The notes under the pieces: generated by a model
Seen by the model: only the letters and a program-made list of their open reading frames with translations
What the model was told of the DNA's origin: nothing
Databases searched by the model: none
Shown here: piece by piece, positions 27,099 through 37,766 of the stretch
How the letters are laid out: each line of letters opens with the position of its first letter
Numbering within the stretch: position 1 is the stretch's first letter
Position numbers and translations under genes: made by a program
Assembly: GCA_019308905.1 (NCBI GenBank)
Contig: JAFDHF010000003.1
Coordinates: forward strand, 10,282 to 74,281
Source: Deltaproteobacteria bacterium
GTDB lineage: Bacteria; Desulfobacterota; BSN033; WVXP01
Direction: 5' to 3'
DNA: 64,000 nt

Positions 27099-28270
27099 AG
27101 AGGACGACAGGACTCTTCGTCTGCAATTGTTACTATCCTCTATCCGCAGGAGTGGGAAACGCCACCGCCAATCTGTGCCGTGCCCTGAAGGAGTATGGGG
27201 GCATCGATCCAGTGGTTATTACCCCGAAACGGTCGCAGAGCCCCGATCGGGAGGTGCACCAGGGGGTCACCGTTATACGTGTTCCAGGCGGAGTCTGGGC
27301 CGGAAATCCTGTGCTTTCCTTTCTTTACTATCCCTGGTTCGCAATCCATCTCCTACGGGAGGTGGTCAGGTACAAGCCCCTTTTTGTGCTTTTTCAGACA
27401 GCATGGGAAGGCGGCCCGCTCATTCCCCTTGTCCGCATGGTCAGCAAAACGCTCGTTGTCGTTCATACCCACGCGGATGTCCACTATGCCAGTCGATTTG
27501 AATCTTGGGCCCGGTTAGCCTATGGCAGGGCAGACATAGTCATGGGCACCACCACGCAGTACCTGCGAGACGTGGAATCCCGTTACATGCGCGCCGACGC
27601 GGTTCTTCTGCCGAACGCTTACTATGCCCCGCGACTTCCCGAAAGCCGAGAGGAACTGCGCAGCCGCTATGGATACTCCCCCGGGTTTGTTCATGTGACC
27701 GCCGTCGGCAGAATGGTTTATGAACTCGATTTGGAGACAAAAGGATTCAGCCATCTGATCGAAGCAGCAGCCAAGGTACCGGGGGTTTGGCTTCACATGT
27801 TCGGCACAGGTCCGGCCAGGCAGAGATATGAGCGGATGGCCGAGAACCTGGGGGTTGCCCTCAGATGCACTTTCTATGGCCACCAGCCCGGGGATGTCCT
27901 CTTGCGGCACCTGAAGGCCGGGGATGTGCTGGTTATTTCTTCCCTCAACGAAGGCCTAAGTATGGCCCTCATCGAGGCCTTGTGCCTTGGGGTTCCGATA
28001 ATCGCCACCAGAACCGCCGGAGCCTTGGACTATATCCGCAATGGTTATAACGGGCTCCTCATCCCTCCGGGAGACACCGCCTCGCTGGTAGAAGCCCTTG
28101 AGTATGCCACGAGAGAACCGGACAGACTCGCCCGGATGGGCAGAGAGGGTAGGCTCACCTTTGAGCGGAGTTTTGCCCCACCCGTCATTGCATCGGAATT
28201 CGTGCAGGTGATCTCGCGTGTATTGGAGTCCCGACGGATGAGAACAAGAACCCCTGTAGAAACCACATGA
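27041..28270 (+). CDS. GT4-family glycosyltransferase
   Basis: ISSLNEGLSMALIEALCLGVPIIATRTAGALDYIRNGYNGLL is the E-x7-E motif. Start uncertain (overlaps the AsnB 3' end). Confidence 0.8.
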   Translation: MDASDVRNVARQARREHVLKRTTGLFVCNCYYPLSAGVGNATANLCRALKEYGGIDPVVITPKRSQSPDREVHQGVTVIRVPGGVWAGNPVLSFLYYPWFAIHLLREVVRYKPLFVLFQTAWEGGPLIPLVRMVSKTLVVVHTHADVHYASRFESWARLAYGRADIVMGTTTQYLRDVESRYMRADAVLLPNAYYAPRLPESREELRSRYGYSPGFVHVTAVGRMVYELDLETKGFSHLIEAAAKVPGVWLHMFGTGPARQRYERMAENLGVALRCTFYGHQPGDVLLRHLKAGDVLVISSLNEGLSMALIEALCLGVPIIATRTAGALDYIRNGYNGLLIPPGDTASLVEALEYATREPDRLARMGREGRLTFERSFAPPVIASEFVQVISRVLESRRMRTRTPVETT

Positions 28271-29703
28271 AAGCGGTTGTCTATCGGCCCAACGACGGCT
28301 TTCTCTGCGAAGAGAACGGGACCAGTGCACCGACCACGTACAGGGTCTTCCCATACTCCCTTGCCGTTTGCGCGGCTTCCCTGGAGGAATCCGGCGTGGA
28401 GGTGGGGGTGGTGGATGCCGCGGCAGGACGGCTGGGGTGGCAGAAGGCGATCGGCCTGGTCGAGAAGGAGAGGCCCGAGGTGGTGATAGTGGCCGTGAAC
28501 AACATTGCAGCAGGCCTCGATATGCAGGGGATAGAGCAGATGAAGTCCCGCCTGGCCATACCTGTGGTGGCCCTCATGACACACCCCATGGAAGAGGAGA
28601 CGATCCGTTCCTACCCCTTCCTGGACGTGGCGATTCGGAGGGAATGGAGTTCGACTGCGGTCGACGTCCTAAAGGCCTTGGCGGGAAGAAAAGACCTTGC
28701 CCTTGTTCCCGGTGTGACCCTGGTCCGTGACGGCGAAGTGGTCAGGACGGAAGGGCGTCCCCATCAGGGATTGGACGAAAGGCCTGTTCCCGCCTTACAC
28801 CTCTTCCCCATGAAACAGTATGACTCTTATCAGATAGCCATGTCAGAGGGGTGCAATTACCACTGCTCCTTTTGTTGGTTTTGCGGCTATCCACCATCAG
28901 GTTGGTCGGGCAGGAATATCGACCGCGTCCTGGAGGAACTCCGGAGGTTGAAGAGCTACGGGAGTAAGCCGGTTTTCACCATAGACGACGAGTTGACCTT
29001 CGACCCGGAGTACGCGAAACGGGTGTGCCAAGGCATCGTCAAGGCCAAGATCAACATGATGTTCTCGGCAAACACCCGGGCAGACAGAGCAGAGGACGAA
29101 CTACTTGAAATGATGTCTCGCGCCGGATTCTTCAATCTGCAGTTCGGCGTGGAATCAGGATGCCAGGAGATCCTGGACAGGAACGGGACCAGAAAGACCC
29201 TGGAGCAAGCAAAGGCGGCCTTCGCCTTGCTGGAGAAACACCGGATCGCTTCGAAGGTATTTTTCTTGATCGGCTTGCTCCACGAGACCAGGGAGACCGT
29301 ACAGCAGACCTTTCGTTTTGTCAGGGAGGAGCTCAACCACTACGATGCCTCCTTTGATATCGCCATCCCGTACCCGGGTACGAGCATGCACAGATTCCTC
29401 AAACGGAAGGGGTGGATTCGAACCCTCGACCCGGAGAACCTCTCGTGGATCTATTTCCATGTATACGGCTGCAGGCAGCTCGCAGGGACACCCATGAGGA
29501 AACCTTTCTGGCGGATTGGAAAGATGACCTTTGACGACTTGTACGAGATGGAGAGGAAGTTCTACCGTTATGTCCCTCGGGGCGGTCTGGTGCCGCAGCT
29601 CAAGCGTCTGATGTTCAATCGTGCTTTTCGAAGGACGACCAGGGATCTGCTCTGGCACGAACCGGGCGAGCTCCTCGGGCTGGCCGCCCGCCTCCTCAGT
29701 TAG
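28267..29703 (+). CDS. B12-binding (class B) radical SAM enzyme
   Basis: N-terminal cobalamin-binding Rossmann domain, then CNYHCSFC (CxxxCxxC) and the radical SAM core. Confidence 0.8.
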   Translation: MKAVVYRPNDGFLCEENGTSAPTTYRVFPYSLAVCAASLEESGVEVGVVDAAAGRLGWQKAIGLVEKERPEVVIVAVNNIAAGLDMQGIEQMKSRLAIPVVALMTHPMEEETIRSYPFLDVAIRREWSSTAVDVLKALAGRKDLALVPGVTLVRDGEVVRTEGRPHQGLDERPVPALHLFPMKQYDSYQIAMSEGCNYHCSFCWFCGYPPSGWSGRNIDRVLEELRRLKSYGSKPVFTIDDELTFDPEYAKRVCQGIVKAKINMMFSANTRADRAEDELLEMMSRAGFFNLQFGVESGCQEILDRNGTRKTLEQAKAAFALLEKHRIASKVFFLIGLLHETRETVQQTFRFVREELNHYDASFDIAIPYPGTSMHRFLKRKGWIRTLDPENLSWIYFHVYGCRQLAGTPMRKPFWRIGKMTFDDLYEMERKFYRYVPRGGLVPQLKRLMFNRAFRRTTRDLLWHEPGELLGLAARLLS

Positions 29704-29748
29704 ACCTAGCAACCCGCTCTTTATTTCAAGGTTTTTCCGCGAGGACAT

Positions 29749-31095
29749 ATGAAGATCCTTATGGCAGGAGCAGGACTGGCGAATCTGAGTGCCGCCTATC
29801 ACCTGAAACTCGGGCAGGCCGGGCAGTTGGAATGCAGAATCTTCGAACAAGGGAATCGAGTGGGCGGACTATGCAGGACCGTTCTCAAGGACGGTTTTGC
29901 CTTCGACCTCACGGGGCACCTGCTCCATTTTCGAACGGACTACTGCCGGGAATTGGTGACGGCCCTGCTCGGCGACAACCTCCGCAGACTCGAAAGAAAG
30001 GCGTGGGTCTACTCGCACGGCCGATATATCCGGTATCCCTTCCAGGCAAATCTGCACGGTTTGCCGCCGGAGATAGTGCGGGAGTGTGTGAAGGGTTTTA
30101 TGGAGGCCGACCGTCGGCATGGAGGGGTGACACCCGGTGAGCTCTTGGAAATGAGTTTCAAGGAATGGGTCACCGGCAGGTTCGGTCGGGGTATCGCCCG
30201 GCATTTCATGATCCCCTATAACCGAAAGCTCTGGACCGTTGACCCCGGCGAGCTGACCTGCGACTGGATGGGTAGGTACGTCCCGTGCCCGACCGTGGAA
30301 GAGGTGATCGCGGGTGCTGCCGGCGAGAACGTCAGGCAGTACGGCTACAACGCCCACTTCTGGTATCCCCTGAAAGGTGGCATCCAATCCCTTTCGGACG
30401 CTTTGGCTCAAGGTGCGGGCGATATTCGGCTGAACAAGGAGGTGGTCTGTGTCGACCTCTCCTCGAAGACGATCGAGTTCCAGGACGGGGATGGGGCCGA
30501 CTATGAGATCCTGGTATCGGCGATTCCCCTCAAGAAGATGATCGGCTTGTGCCGCGGAGTGCCCGAGGGACTGAAGAAAGCCGCCTCCGGCCTGAGATAC
30601 GCCTCTGTTCTCGATATCAATCTGGGCATTGATAGGGCGAAGATCTCCGAAAAGCACTGGATCTATTTCCCAGAGGGGAGATTTGTCTTCTATCGGGTCG
30701 GATTCCCCATGAATTTCTCCCCTTACGTCTGCCCGCCGGGCTCGAGCTCCGTTTACGTGGAGGTCGCCCTCACTCCGGGGAACTCTGTAGATGAAGAGGA
30801 TACGGCAAGAGTCGCCGTGGACCAGCTCGTCGAAACCGGCCTGCTTCGAAATCGGAAAGAGGTGGTGGTCACTCATATCCAACGCATTCCTTTCGCGTAT
30901 GCAATCTATGACCAACATCGCCGCCGGGCAGTGCCGGCCTTGCTCTCCTTTCTGAGGGAGTACTCAGTGTATTCGATAGGGCGGTATGGTGCCTGGGAGT
31001 ATTCGGCGATGGAGGACGCCCTCCTTGCCGGAAGAAATGTAGCCAGAGAGATCGTCGCGTCCCGGTTGGTCAGCCGGGGCTCCAGGGCCGCGTGA
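29749..31095 (+). CDS. FAD/NAD(P)-binding oxidoreductase (amine-oxidase / UDP-galactopyranose-mutase-like)
   Basis: MKILMAGAGLANLSAAYHL...GNRVGGL dinucleotide-binding motif. FWYPLKGGIQSL is the mutase/oxidase family motif. Confidence 0.7.
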   Translation: MKILMAGAGLANLSAAYHLKLGQAGQLECRIFEQGNRVGGLCRTVLKDGFAFDLTGHLLHFRTDYCRELVTALLGDNLRRLERKAWVYSHGRYIRYPFQANLHGLPPEIVRECVKGFMEADRRHGGVTPGELLEMSFKEWVTGRFGRGIARHFMIPYNRKLWTVDPGELTCDWMGRYVPCPTVEEVIAGAAGENVRQYGYNAHFWYPLKGGIQSLSDALAQGAGDIRLNKEVVCVDLSSKTIEFQDGDGADYEILVSAIPLKKMIGLCRGVPEGLKKAASGLRYASVLDINLGIDRAKISEKHWIYFPEGRFVFYRVGFPMNFSPYVCPPGSSSVYVEVALTPGNSVDEEDTARVAVDQLVETGLLRNRKEVVVTHIQRIPFAYAIYDQHRRRAVPALLSFLREYSVYSIGRYGAWEYSAMEDALLAGRNVAREIVASRLVSRGSRAA

Positions 31096-31132
31096 AGAGC
31101 ATGGAGCCGCGAGACGGTACCGAAGGTCACCC

Positions 31133-32062
31133 ATGGAGATAGTCCGGATAGACGACATGCAGGCCTGGGAAACCATAAGGGCAGCCACATCGGATCTTCG
31201 TGGTTATTCCTTCAGTTACAGATGGCTCAGCTTCCAGGCCGCCTGGACCGGGGGGAAAAGGATAACGGTTGCACTGTACGGTGATGACGGGAGGCTCCTG
31301 GATGTCTTTGCAGGTGTGGAAAGGGGAGGAGTCGTACTGGCCGGGCCGGAAAAGGCGCCCGGGGGATGCATCGACCCGTGTCATCTGACCGCCTTCTCCG
31401 AGTACTTCTCGAAGAAGAAGATGTACCTTACCTCCCTGCGCCGATTTCCCTTCAGGCACGACGAAAACTACGAACTGGTAATCGATCTGAAGGGCATTGA
31501 ATCCCTGGATCAGTTCGTGAGAGAGAGGGTTTCCAGAGATGCAAGGCAGCGTTACGGGAAGGCGAGGAGGAAGGGGTACGAGGTGAGGCCCGGCCTTGTC
31601 GACGACTTCATGGAGTGCTACTTGGAGTTGAGCCGAAGAAAACGGGTCACCTCTCCATTTCCGAAAGACTATTTCGAAAGGATGATGAACCACCTAGGCG
31701 ACGAAGCGATCTTGAAGTCCTTCTGGCTGGGAGAGGAGCTCATGGGTTCGTCGCTCCTTTTCGTAACCCCGGCACAGATCCATTCCTATTTCCTCCTGTC
31801 GAAGCAGAAGGCCTTCAAGGACGGCCTCTCAGCGCTTATCTATCTCGACATGGTGGCAGAAGCCCTCAGGCGGGGCAAGGGCACGGCCAATTGCGGTCCC
31901 TCTTCGCCATGGGACGGCACCTTCGCGTTCAAGAGACGGTTCGGTGCAAGGCCGCGCAGGGTTTTTTCTTACATCGTAAACGGCGGTTTCCTGGAAAGAA
32001 TGCTCTTCCTGGCAAAGACCAAAGTGAAGCAACACGGCAATGGTTCACCGTTCACTGCTTAG
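31133..32062 (+). CDS. FemAB-family / GNAT-fold acyl(aminoacyl)transferase
   Basis: C-terminal ...FAFKRRFGARP is characteristic of FemAB/Acetyltransf_6. Size about 300 aa. Confidence 0.55.
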   Translation: MEIVRIDDMQAWETIRAATSDLRGYSFSYRWLSFQAAWTGGKRITVALYGDDGRLLDVFAGVERGGVVLAGPEKAPGGCIDPCHLTAFSEYFSKKKMYLTSLRRFPFRHDENYELVIDLKGIESLDQFVRERVSRDARQRYGKARRKGYEVRPGLVDDFMECYLELSRRKRVTSPFPKDYFERMMNHLGDEAILKSFWLGEELMGSSLLFVTPAQIHSYFLLSKQKAFKDGLSALIYLDMVAEALRRGKGTANCGPSSPWDGTFAFKRRFGARPRRVFSYIVNGGFLERMLFLAKTKVKQHGNGSPFTA

Positions 32063-33032
32063 GAGACTCAAGGTCGGAACGAAACATCTCCTGGATCACA
32101 TCCGGCCGTATTTTCTCTTGACCGGGATTTCGCCCATACCCGGATACACGGCGCGGCAGTTCGGGAGCCTTATTCACAGAGAAGCCTCGGTCCGAGGCCG
32201 GCTGGGTCTCTGTGAGCCTGCGTGGTTTCAGATGAACCGGGGCGCCTTCTGCAGAAACATCAGGGTGCCGGGCAAACACTTTTGCTATGTAGGTGAGGAC
32301 TCTTCCCTTCTGGACAGAACCGTCCGATCCCATACGATGGTCTTTGACGGAGCAATACTGGAAGGCAGGGAATGCCCCGCAAGGGGGATCACCGTCTCGG
32401 TGGATCTGGAGGGGAATACCGCCTCGAGTTGTGATGGCTCGGCCGGAGAACGGGAAGTTCAAAGGGAGGCTGCCGAACGGGCCAGGATCATCCATTCGAT
32501 ATTCCAAGATCTGGGGCTGAGAACCGTCTGGTATGTCGTGGGGTCTCTGTTTGAGGATCGAGAAATGAAATCGCTCTGTGAGGAGATCATGGACGACCCA
32601 AACATCGAGATCGGTTGGCATACCCAGAACCACATAAACTACTTCGATGCGGACGAGGACGCGGTGAAGAGAGACATGGAATGCGCCGACACGATACGCC
32701 ACAGATACTCTCTCGACATGACCGCGATGGCCTTTCCGTACAACGCGGTCGGCTACGTGGAAGAGGTGATCGCAAACGGGTTCACGAAACTGAGAGGATA
32801 CGTGGGACAGTACAGCCTTCCCTTCACCGTCGATTTCGGCATGTTCCTGTTCTGCGGGACGACTCTGTACCTGGGCCCACACACGGTGGCCGCATCTCGT
32901 CGCGCCTTGAGCGCGATCAAGGGAGGCTCGAACATATTCCTGCATCCGGTAGACTGGATCGGGTGTGACCTCGACCCTCTCAGACACGCCCTGGAGAGCC
33001 TCCGGGCCACATTCAATCAGGCCGAATCCTGA
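32040..33032 (+). CDS. Polysaccharide deacetylase (CE4/NodB)-like protein
   Basis: ITVSVDLEG (Asp motif) and GWHTQNH (H-T-x-x-H) are consistent with CE4. Start uncertain. Confidence 0.5.
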   Translation: MVHRSLLRRLKVGTKHLLDHIRPYFLLTGISPIPGYTARQFGSLIHREASVRGRLGLCEPAWFQMNRGAFCRNIRVPGKHFCYVGEDSSLLDRTVRSHTMVFDGAILEGRECPARGITVSVDLEGNTASSCDGSAGEREVQREAAERARIIHSIFQDLGLRTVWYVVGSLFEDREMKSLCEEIMDDPNIEIGWHTQNHINYFDADEDAVKRDMECADTIRHRYSLDMTAMAFPYNAVGYVEEVIANGFTKLRGYVGQYSLPFTVDFGMFLFCGTTLYLGPHTVAASRRALSAIKGGSNIFLHPVDWIGCDLDPLRHALESLRATFNQAES

Positions 33033-33041
33033 CGTTCTTCA

Positions 33042-34598
33042 ATGAGACTCATGACTGACCCATTGGTCCTCATTTCAGGCCTGGCCTTGGCCTGCATCGG
33101 CTACAACTCCCTCTGGTATGCCCGCTTCAGGGATTCCCTTGAGGACACTGATTTTGGGTATGCCAGCTACCACGGGTGCAAGGCCGGGAAGGAGGGGAAT
33201 CGCAGAGTCCTCTCAGAGGCCGGAGACTTTCCGTCTTTCAAGACGATCCTGTACTACTTCTTCTATTGGTCATATGGGCTTTCCAGGTCACCGGTTCGGG
33301 CTCCGCGGATTCTCTTCTGCATCGTCGATACCTTCGGCGTGATCTTCTTCTCCCTGGCTCTCTATCTGCTCTCCCGTTCACCATCTCAGACGATCATGGG
33401 CACATTGGTTTTCTGTGTCCTCTCTTCGGCCCCGCAACTCGGAGGGTTGTATCTCCAATCCGAGTTCTGGGCCCTCACGTTTACCTCCGCCGCCCTTGCC
33501 CTCATTTTGTCGAACAATCCCTTCTCCGCCTTTGCCGGGGGAATGTGTCTCGCCGTAAATCCTCTCTCTGTGAAGCCCGTCTATCTCGTGGAATCCATGG
33601 TTCTTATCTCCTTGGCGCCGGGAGATCTCAAAGCACCTGTGGGAACTGGTTTTGTTGCTTGTGCCTGTCTCATCCTATTGCTATACGGGAAGGACGGTTT
33701 CCTGGGATGGATTCCCTTCCATCTCAAGGACCGGGGGATGCTCAAGTATTTCTTGAAGTTCAACAGAAGGGGCTCAGGCAGGAGGAGGATCCGGAACCTG
33801 ATCGTATTTTTCCCTGTCTTTTTCACGGTCTTTCCACCACTGATCGCCCCTGCGTTGTCGAACCCGCAGGCCTTACCGACAAGGCTCTGGGCTTTGGCTG
33901 TTGCAGAAGGGCTTATCGTGGTGGTGCAGTTTCGGTTTTTCAGGTATCACTTCGTCACGCTTCTCCCCGGTTGGGTCTTGCTGTTTGCATGCGCCCCCTT
34001 TTCGGTTCTTCACCTCCCCGGGTTCATCCCCGTGGCGTACACCCTATCTTTCCTTTTCTTCAAGAGCAGGGAAGGCCTCGACCGGCGCCTGAACGGTGTG
34101 ATAGTCCACTACCACACGAGGAACTGTGCCGCGCGGCCTATTGCCGAATGGATCAGGGAGAACACGAGCCCCCGGGATCGCATACTGGTTGTTGGGAGTA
34201 CTTTTCAGATATACGTGCATAGCGAGAGGCTCTCTATGTATCCACGGCTGTTTTTCACACCTGAAGTTACTTACAGCAACCCACAGTCAATACGGCTCAT
34301 GGAGAAGACGTTGGCCGGAGCGCCTCCAAAGGCGATCGTCCTCGATCAGAACTGTCTGAACTGGAAGATGGTCGAGTATCTTACAGGGTCGCGCTACAGA
34401 TTCGCAAAGGGTTTCCGATGGAACTCTGAATTTTTCCCCATATACATGAAGGCAGAAAGCGTCGATCGAAAGGCCCCGGAAAACAGAGAACTCTTCATAG
34501 AGTGCCTCCATGTAACCGAGAAACGCCTTTTGTGGAATCCGATGCCGCGACCCGGAGGTATCGATCCCAACCCCACGGCTTTCTGTGAGAGCACGTGA
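33042..34598 (+). CDS. Polytopic membrane protein, GT-C-like (ArnT/PMT-type) glycosyltransferase candidate
   Basis: Many hydrophobic helices in the N-terminal 350 aa, soluble C-terminal domain. No stronger signature. Confidence 0.5.
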   Translation: MRLMTDPLVLISGLALACIGYNSLWYARFRDSLEDTDFGYASYHGCKAGKEGNRRVLSEAGDFPSFKTILYYFFYWSYGLSRSPVRAPRILFCIVDTFGVIFFSLALYLLSRSPSQTIMGTLVFCVLSSAPQLGGLYLQSEFWALTFTSAALALILSNNPFSAFAGGMCLAVNPLSVKPVYLVESMVLISLAPGDLKAPVGTGFVACACLILLLYGKDGFLGWIPFHLKDRGMLKYFLKFNRRGSGRRRIRNLIVFFPVFFTVFPPLIAPALSNPQALPTRLWALAVAEGLIVVVQFRFFRYHFVTLLPGWVLLFACAPFSVLHLPGFIPVAYTLSFLFFKSREGLDRRLNGVIVHYHTRNCAARPIAEWIRENTSPRDRILVVGSTFQIYVHSERLSMYPRLFFTPEVTYSNPQSIRLMEKTLAGAPPKAIVLDQNCLNWKMVEYLTGSRYRFAKGFRWNSEFFPIYMKAESVDRKAPENRELFIECLHVTEKRLLWNPMPRPGGIDPNPTAFCEST

Positions 34599-36901
34599 TG
34601 TCATCGGTATCCATACTCATCGGTATCGTAACAGTACAATCCCTGGTGCGGATCGTGTATTCTCTCAGGCTCTTCTTCGAGGCTGACTACTGTATGAATT
34701 CCCAATACGACGTGGTCCTTCAAAGTGGGGGCAAGCCAGGGCGGGATTTCGAAATCTGCTGGGGGGCAAAAATCGTATCGTACTTTGGATGCCGGTTGGC
34801 GAGGCGCCTGCTCCCCTTCGGTATATATGCACCACGCATCGCCCTCGTGTTTGTTCAGGTCTTGACAACCGTCGTCGTGTTTATCCTCACCCTTCACGTT
34901 TCAAATTCCCATGTCGGTGCGGTGAGTGCAGCAGCCATATACGCTGTGGTTTCGTCTCTGATCCACACCGGGACATACGTCTGTAGTCCCGAGAACTTCG
35001 ATGTAATGGCCTTGGCGGTTCTCGCCTCGTGCCTTGTCTTTCCATCGGTCGCGACGGCGGCACTGGCAGGTCTGGTGCTTGCCCTCATGATTTCGTGGTC
35101 AAAGATGGTCGACGCCTTCCATGCGGGTCCTGTGTTCTTTTTATACTGGATCAACGGTCGCAGGGGCCTGTCCTTCGTTTTTCTGGGATCGCTGGCTGTC
35201 TTCCTTGCAGCCTCGGTCGTCCATTACAGGATGAGTCCTTACTATCAGCCCCTCTCAGGGATCCTTAGGAAGGCGTATCGCTATGCTACCCGGACACAGG
35301 ACAGATCGAAGAAGAAGCTGTTCCACATCAGTCTGACAGGAGCCGAAAGGCTTCTCTGGAGGGGGCTGCTCAGGGAGATCCCGGTCGTTCTGTTCGCCCT
35401 TGCGCTCGGCCCCTTGTTCCTCTACCAGTCAGCTTCGGGCAGGGCTGTGGCGTTGCTCGCCTGGAGCGCGGTTTTTGTGATGGTCCTTCAAAACAAGCTC
35501 TGGCCGGTCCACTTCTATCCCGTGCTCTCCCTGGCCTCCGTGCTGGGCGGCTTCCTTGTGGGGGTTCCACCCCTTTGGTATGCCGTTGTCTTTCTTTTCG
35601 GAGTTTCGGTGTATCACTTCCTGAAGCCGCTATCCATACCCGGACACTTGCTTTCAAAGTATTTCTGGCGTGAAGGGACCGGCGCCCTCCATTACCTCGA
35701 TGAGGAAGCCAGCATAGAGGCGGCGGAGTGGATAAGAAGAGACTCTCCCGAGGTGAAGCGGGTTCTCTGCTGGGGGATGCAGACACAACTATATACGCTC
35801 TTGGAGATTATGGGACCAAGACCGATCCAGCATTTCAATCGAGAAACATTGACCATTCCTTCAAGGAGGGAAGAGCTCCTGAGGTGGTTCACCGAATCTC
35901 CACCGGAGTATGTATTCTTCTCCGACCCGTATTTCAGGTACTTTCCGATCCCGATTCTGGAAGGGCTCGCCGGAAAGGAATACCAGAGAGTGGCGATTCT
36001 GGGAGAAGGCTGTTTTCCCCTTTACCGGCTGACCGAAAAACCGGTCGAACAATGGAAGAGACAGGTTGCGGAGTCTGTTGGATTCGACCCGGAAAAGGTC
36101 GACTTCGTTGATCCCTTCTGCAGCAGACAGGCGATCAAAGCCGGGTTCCTCGAAGAAACCCTCGGCAGAATGAAGGGAGCCGGGATACGTTCGGTATATC
36201 TCTACGGTCGGTGTGATCAGGAGAGGATCGCGGAGGAGGCGGCCAAGAGGGGTATCGATATCATCGGCGTCGTTGAAACGGAGCCTTCAAGGGGATCCGG
36301 GGTGTTCTCTCCAAGAGAGGTTGCCTGGCCGGTGGGTGAAGAAACAGGATTTCTGATCACGGCAAGGAGTTACAATTCCATATCCCAGATCAGAGAGCTG
36401 GTAACCGAAAGGCAGCCCGGCGCGAAAATCTTCACGGTTGTGGACGAGTCTCCACTGGTAGACTGGCTCTCCGAGGAATCCAGGGAGAAACCCCTGACGG
36501 TCTACGCCCTGGGGGACAGGGGCCGGTATGTCCTGAATCTCTGCCTTTGCCGGGGTATCCGGACCGTTGGGTTCTTCGACGAAGCGGAGAAGGTCTTTCA
36601 CGGAAGGGGCAACGGTCAGGCCCGGTTCGAAGAATTGAGAGCTCTTCCACTGGATCAGGTCATTCACGGGGAGGGTACCATACTCCTTGGAGGAGCTCCA
36701 TCCACAAACGTCGCGATCTACTTTTCTCTTATCGCAAAAGGGGTGGTGGAATCGAGACTCAAGGATTTTGGAGCGATCTTCGGGCGGTGCTGTCTTCCGG
36801 GGAATTCGAGCGAGGTGAGGGTAGGGCGTTTAGATCCGGAGCGGCGGTCAAAAGATCTCTTGCCCGGGGCCGGTGAGTTCGCATCCCCCCTCTGCCCCTG
36901 A
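34595..36901 (+). CDS. Membrane protein (GT-C-like N-terminus) with two C-terminal Rossmann-like PglD/NeuD-N-like modules
   Basis: About 330-aa hydrophobic N-terminus. C-terminal IRSVYLYGRCDQ...GIDIIGVVE and VYALGDRGRYVL...GIRTVGFFDE segments repeat the module seen in three other island genes. Confidence 0.5.
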   Translation: MMSSVSILIGIVTVQSLVRIVYSLRLFFEADYCMNSQYDVVLQSGGKPGRDFEICWGAKIVSYFGCRLARRLLPFGIYAPRIALVFVQVLTTVVVFILTLHVSNSHVGAVSAAAIYAVVSSLIHTGTYVCSPENFDVMALAVLASCLVFPSVATAALAGLVLALMISWSKMVDAFHAGPVFFLYWINGRRGLSFVFLGSLAVFLAASVVHYRMSPYYQPLSGILRKAYRYATRTQDRSKKKLFHISLTGAERLLWRGLLREIPVVLFALALGPLFLYQSASGRAVALLAWSAVFVMVLQNKLWPVHFYPVLSLASVLGGFLVGVPPLWYAVVFLFGVSVYHFLKPLSIPGHLLSKYFWREGTGALHYLDEEASIEAAEWIRRDSPEVKRVLCWGMQTQLYTLLEIMGPRPIQHFNRETLTIPSRREELLRWFTESPPEYVFFSDPYFRYFPIPILEGLAGKEYQRVAILGEGCFPLYRLTEKPVEQWKRQVAESVGFDPEKVDFVDPFCSRQAIKAGFLEETLGRMKGAGIRSVYLYGRCDQERIAEEAAKRGIDIIGVVETEPSRGSGVFSPREVAWPVGEETGFLITARSYNSISQIRELVTERQPGAKIFTVVDESPLVDWLSEESREKPLTVYALGDRGRYVLNLCLCRGIRTVGFFDEAEKVFHGRGNGQARFEELRALPLDQVIHGEGTILLGGAPSTNVAIYFSLIAKGVVESRLKDFGAIFGRCCLPGNSSEVRVGRLDPERRSKDLLPGAGEFASPLCP

Positions 36902-37766
36902 GAGACCATTGCTCAGGCGCACCGTGTTGTTTTCGAACATCCATTACATAGTTCTGCGGGTGCTGAGAAGATTCGTCTTCCGCGGACGTCTTCTGTCCGT
37001 TTTCGAGAGGAACCTGCCGTACTACAGGACGAATTTCAACGAGATTTCACCCTCTACAGTAGCTGAGAAGTATTCGAAGTACTGTTCCGTTGTGGACATG
37101 AGCCCCAGAGGTAAGAACGTCCTTGAGATTGGAATCGGTGTTACAAACAGTTGTGGTTACGAAATAGTAGCGCAAGGGGCGCGCCGGTGTTGGGGTTATG
37201 AACCGTTTGAGAAGTTCAACGCGGAGCGGGACAGGGCTAGGCTCGACGACGCGGTGCAAAGACACGTGCGAGATTACGACTTCTTTCGTCACAGGTTCAC
37301 CAGAATCGACACTCTGGCCGACCTCGAGGAAGGCTCGATAGAGCTGGTTCTTTCACACAATGTCCTGGAACACGTTACTGCACTTTCAGAGCTGGTGGAC
37401 GAACTGGAGAGGCTGCTGACGAGGGACGGGTGCATGATTCATATAGTCGACTACCGTGACCATTTCTTTGAGTACCCTTATCATTTCCTGCAGTTTTCAG
37501 ACAAGACGTGGAACAGGTTCTTGAACCCCGGCCACTTGCCCAGGTACCGGCTGGACGATCACGTCGAGGCTTTCAGGAGCAAGGGGTTCACGGTTGAGAT
37601 CCTGGAGACGTCGACCGACAATGGGGAGTTTGCGAAGGTTCGCGAAAGAATCAGCCAGAAGTTCAAGGAATACAGCGAGAGGTCGTTGGCAGTGACAACG
37701 GCCGTATTGGCAGTCAGTCGCTCGAAGAACCGGCGGATCCCGGAATATCCGGGATGTGACTTTTGA
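36873..37766 (+). CDS. Class I SAM-dependent methyltransferase
   Basis: VLEIGIGVTNSCGYEIV is motif I. Downstream ELVLSHNVLEHV is motif II/III. Confidence 0.65.
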   Translation: MSSHPPSAPERPLLRRTVLFSNIHYIVLRVLRRFVFRGRLLSVFERNLPYYRTNFNEISPSTVAEKYSKYCSVVDMSPRGKNVLEIGIGVTNSCGYEIVAQGARRCWGYEPFEKFNAERDRARLDDAVQRHVRDYDFFRHRFTRIDTLADLEEGSIELVLSHNVLEHVTALSELVDELERLLTRDGCMIHIVDYRDHFFEYPYHFLQFSDKTWNRFLNPGHLPRYRLDDHVEAFRSKGFTVEILETSTDNGEFAKVRERISQKFKEYSERSLAVTTAVLAVSRSKNRRIPEYPGCDF

